Source: an uncultured delta proteobacterium
GTDB lineage: Bacteria > Myxococcota_A > Polyangia > Polyangiales > Polyangiaceae
Direction: 5' to 3'
Assembly (NCBI GenBank): GCA_963806225.1
Contig: CAWDXG010000001.1
Coordinates: forward strand, 128,001-192,000
Length of the DNA stretch: 64,000 nt
Shown: positions 61,067-64,000 of the stretch, in pieces
Layout: the number at the start of each line of letters is the position of its first letter
Position numbering within the stretch: position 1 is the stretch's first letter
The notes under the pieces: model-generated
Database searches by the model: none
What the model saw: the letters and a program-made list of their open reading frames with translations, nothing else
Told to the model about the DNA's origin: nothing
Translations under genes and position numbers: made by a program

Positions 61067-61990
61067 TCAGCTCATCTGCCGCGCCAGATACACGATGTCC
61101 TCGCCGCGCTCGGCGTTGGGCGTCGGCAAGAGCAGGAACGCCAGCTCGTTGACGAAGATGCTGACGCCATCGCCGCGACCGAGCTCCGCGCCGGGCGGGA
61201 GCGAGTCGAAGCTCCGGTAGTTCTGCGTCAGCGAAAAGCCGAGCGTCGGTTTGACCACGCGCGCGAAAAGCCGGTACGTCGGCCCGGGCTCGTCGGCGAT
61301 CGGATGATCCGTGACGCCGAGCGCACCCAGGAACCGCGTCAGCACCTCCCAGGCGTGATCCGTCGTCGCGGGGTCCTCGTGCTGGCCGCACTCCACGCTG
61401 AGGGCAGGGCGCCCGCGCTTGACCAGCGCGCCGATGCTCACGTGATCCATCAGCATCCCGGGACCGTCCCAGCCGTAGGTGACGCGCGCTCCGGTGTGGC
61501 GGGCCAGGGCGATGCCGTCGGGTGTACCATCGCAGATCGCGAACGGCACCGTGGGCTGCGTGGCCGAGTGCAGATCGATCATGCCGTCGAGGCCGGTCAT
61601 CAGCGGCCGGAGCTCCAGCGCGCGGTGATGCTCGTAGGTCCAGGCTTCGCGTGCCAGGTGGTCGACGTAGTGGTAGCTGAAGAGCCGGTTGATGTCGGTG
61701 CCGCCGGCCGTGTAGCGCCGCCCCGCGGCCGTCGCCTGCGGGTTGCCGTGGATGAGCACCAGCGTGCCCTTCTTCATCCGTCCGGCGAAGGTCTCCGCCT
61801 CGCGCTTGAGCTGCTCGAGCACGTGGAGGCCGCCGACCTCGTTGCCGTGCAGAGCGCCGATGACGCCGATGCGCGGGGACGGGAACGACGGGTCGCCGCT
61901 GAGCTCGTGGACGGCAGGGATCGAAGAGTGGGGACGAATCAACGCTGGCTCCTTCTGCCCCCCCGGGAAGAAGACCAGGTCTAGCATCAT
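61067..61990 (-). CDS. Succinylglutamate desuccinylase/aspartoacylase (M14-like) family hydrolase
   Basis: GALHGNEVGG, GNP, RY..DINRLF, IDLHS, VECGQH; ATGA overlap with the upstream ligase. Confidence 0.88.
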   Translation of the reverse strand: MMLDLVFFPGGQKEPALIRPHSSIPAVHELSGDPSFPSPRIGVIGALHGNEVGGLHVLEQLKREAETFAGRMKKGTLVLIHGNPQATAAGRRYTAGGTDINRLFSYHYVDHLAREAWTYEHHRALELRPLMTGLDGMIDLHSATQPTVPFAICDGTPDGIALARHTGARVTYGWDGPGMLMDHVSIGALVKRGRPALSVECGQHEDPATTDHAWEVLTRFLGALGVTDHPIADEPGPTYRLFARVVKPTLGFSLTQNYRSFDSLPPGAELGRGDGVSIFVNELAFLLLPTPNAERGEDIVYLARQMS

Positions 61991-63594
61991 CCGGGGCTGG
62001 TGTGCCCCAGCGTCTCCAGATCTAGTACCTGTTGCGCTCGATCGTAGAACTGTTCGGCTTCTTCCGGCGTCGACCCGATGGCCGTGAGCCCGAGCTTGCC
62101 GAATTCGCTGAGCGCGCCCAGAAGGTGGAACACGACGCCCGTCTCGTTCCAGGGTCGGTAGTGCAGGTCGTGCACCGCCGCGAAGTCCAGCAGATCCTCC
62201 GGCAACAGCCCCCGGTAGTGCGGCGCCATGAGCGTGTCGGTCGAGACGTAGTAGCGCGCCTCGCCGCGATGCGTGATGTACAGGCCCTGCTCCGGATCGT
62301 ACGCGCCGTCGTTCAGGAGCTTCAACGTCATGATCGGGTGGGTGGTGCCCGTCATGCGCAGGTTGATCTCGATGGCGTAGCGGTTCCACTGTCCGCGTTC
62401 GCCCTGCACCGTGATGAAGTCGACGCCTACGCGCCCGACGCAGCCGCGCTCGACGAGCAGCCGGCCTACCGCGAGCGCATCGTTCTGGATCTCGTGGCGG
62501 TAGGCTTCGCTCGCGGGAAAGCGGCACCCGAGGTAGATCTGTCCGCTCCGGCCGCCGAGCATCTGGTCGTGCGTGCTCATCGCTTCCAGCTCGCCGCGCG
62601 GGTTGATGCGCAGCTGGGCGCTCGGGCTCTCCTTCCTGCGTCCTTCCAGGTACAGCTCGACCACGCCGCCAATGTGGCCGAGCTCGCGCTTGAAGCGTCC
62701 CCAGCTCTCGTTCGGGCCCATGAATTTCAGGTTCTCGAAGCTCCCGAGCACCGCGTCCACGCGCGACTTCCGGGAAGCGTTGCCCGGGGCTACCGCCTTG
62801 AGCCGCTGCGTCGCGAGCGACAGGATGGCGTTGCCCTCGCCGCTGAAACCCTGGTTCAGCTTGACGACCATGCGCTTCGTCTTCGGGTGCTCCTGCCACA
62901 GATCCGCGACAGCCGAAGCCAGCTCGCGCTCGGTGTGGATGTCCTCCACGCCAGGAGGCATCGGGATACCGGCTTCACGGAAGATCTGCCGCGAGCCCGT
63001 CTTGGTGCCGAGCGAGAGCAGATCCGGGTCCACACCGTACAGCGGGATGCCGAGTGCGACCGCCAGACGCCGCTCGCGCTCGCTCACCGTGAAGACTGTC
63101 ATGTGCGCGCGCTCCGGGTCGATCGCGTCGCGGATACGCCGGATCAGTCGCGGGCGTTCGAGGATCTTGTCGGTCAACCCGCGTGGTGTGGAGTCCCGCG
63201 TGCAGAGCAGCGTGAGCCGCTCGCGGGCGTGCGACGTGGGGATACCGCCGATGAGCGCGAGGTAGTAGTCGACCAGCGCCGGATCGAGCGGCTGCGAGGT
63301 GACGTACACCAGCCGTGCGCGCGGGTTGCGGAGCAGCCCCATCGTGAAGAGCATGCGCTCCTCGTAGTGGTTGATGCCGGGAATCGCCGCGAGCTGGAAG
63401 CCGTCGAGCGATAGCGACGGGATCACCACTACATCGCGCGGCCCGCCTTCGATGTCGTTCAGGCTCAGCCAGCGGTGGACCAGCTTCTGCTGCAGCTGTT
63501 TGAAGTGCTTCACCTCCTCGTCGGCCGAGAGCGCGGCGAGCGGGGGAACCGAGGGGCGATTGCGGGGGCGTTCTCCGTGGGATGCCCGGTTCAC
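61987..63594 (-). CDS. PGM1-related ATP-grasp peptide/amide ligase
   Basis: VVVIPSLSLD, HYEERMLF, LVYVTSQP, GTKTGSRQIF, VVKLNQGFSGEGNA, SPSAQ, STHDQMLGG, YLGCRFPA, GVDF, IEINLRMTGTTHP. Confidence 0.85.
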   Translation of the reverse strand: MNRASHGERPRNRPSVPPLAALSADEEVKHFKQLQQKLVHRWLSLNDIEGGPRDVVVIPSLSLDGFQLAAIPGINHYEERMLFTMGLLRNPRARLVYVTSQPLDPALVDYYLALIGGIPTSHARERLTLLCTRDSTPRGLTDKILERPRLIRRIRDAIDPERAHMTVFTVSERERRLAVALGIPLYGVDPDLLSLGTKTGSRQIFREAGIPMPPGVEDIHTERELASAVADLWQEHPKTKRMVVKLNQGFSGEGNAILSLATQRLKAVAPGNASRKSRVDAVLGSFENLKFMGPNESWGRFKRELGHIGGVVELYLEGRRKESPSAQLRINPRGELEAMSTHDQMLGGRSGQIYLGCRFPASEAYRHEIQNDALAVGRLLVERGCVGRVGVDFITVQGERGQWNRYAIEINLRMTGTTHPIMTLKLLNDGAYDPEQGLYITHRGEARYYVSTDTLMAPHYRGLLPEDLLDFAAVHDLHYRPWNETGVVFHLLGALSEFGKLGLTAIGSTPEEAEQFYDRAQQVLDLETLGHTSPG

Positions 63595-64000
63595 GCCCCC
63601 TCCCGGGAGCTCGCGGGCGGCTCCGTATAGCTCTGCTGGAGCCCATGCAGCAGCGCCAGCAAGGCCTGGTGCACCGGCGTCGGGATGCCGTGGGTGCGCC
63701 CGCGGCGGACCACGGCGCCCTGCAGTGCATCCGCCTCGGTCGGGCGCCCTGCGCGCACGTCCTGCAGCATCGAAGGTTCGGTGTCCTGGAACAGGCCGCG
63801 CGTCACGTTGAGCATCGCGTCGATGCTGGACTCGCCGAGCAGCACGTCTTCCGCCCGGGCGACCTCCACGACCTCGTGCATCGCGCGCGTCGCGAGCTCT
63901 TCCAGCTCCGAAAGCGCCAGCACCTCTCCTGCGGGCAGGCGCGTGAGCGCGCAGATGGCGTTGAACGGCGCGTTCCACAAGAGCTTCTGCCACAGCATGT
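63591..64000 (-). CDS. panE: Ketopantoate reductase family, C-terminal part (5' end outside the window)
   Basis: LWQKLLWNAPFNAICAL, SMLQDVRAGRPTEADALQGAVVRRG..GIPTP. Confidence 0.85.
   Translation of the reverse strand, partial: MLWQKLLWNAPFNAICALTRLPAGEVLALSELEELATRAMHEVVEVARAEDVLLGESSIDAMLNVTRGLFQDTEPSMLQDVRAGRPTEADALQGAVVRRGRTHGIPTPVHQALLALLHGLQQSYTEPPASSREGA

Overview
GC-rich Myxococcota-like (probably Polyangiaceae-type) chromosomal window, judged from two MYXO-CTERM proteins, many Gly/Cys-rich lipoproteins, a Ser/Thr pseudokinase and a giant metzincin lipoprotein. It holds about 55 CDS: a MoxR-DUF58-BatA/B(C)/D/E operon, an ECF sigma/anti-sigma with a MacAB-TolC-type efflux locus, a cluster of surface glycosidases, metF, and a translationally coupled PanE-like/PGM1-like ATP-grasp ligase/AstE-AspA-like hydrolase operon. 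The standout is a three-gene, ATGA-coupled operon at 21750-24135: TetR regulator, class I SAM methyltransferase, and a fused HgcAB-like corrinoid/membrane/ferredoxin protein (cap helix NVWCAAGG). It is preceded by a clear sigma70 promoter overlapped by a 20-bp palindromic operator, and is hidden in the ORF track because each gene carries one extra base. Many genes show +1 frameshifts that look like consensus errors rather than true pseudogenes. No rRNA, tRNA, CRISPR array or transposase was recognised. All family assignments come from motif recognition by eye; no searches were run.
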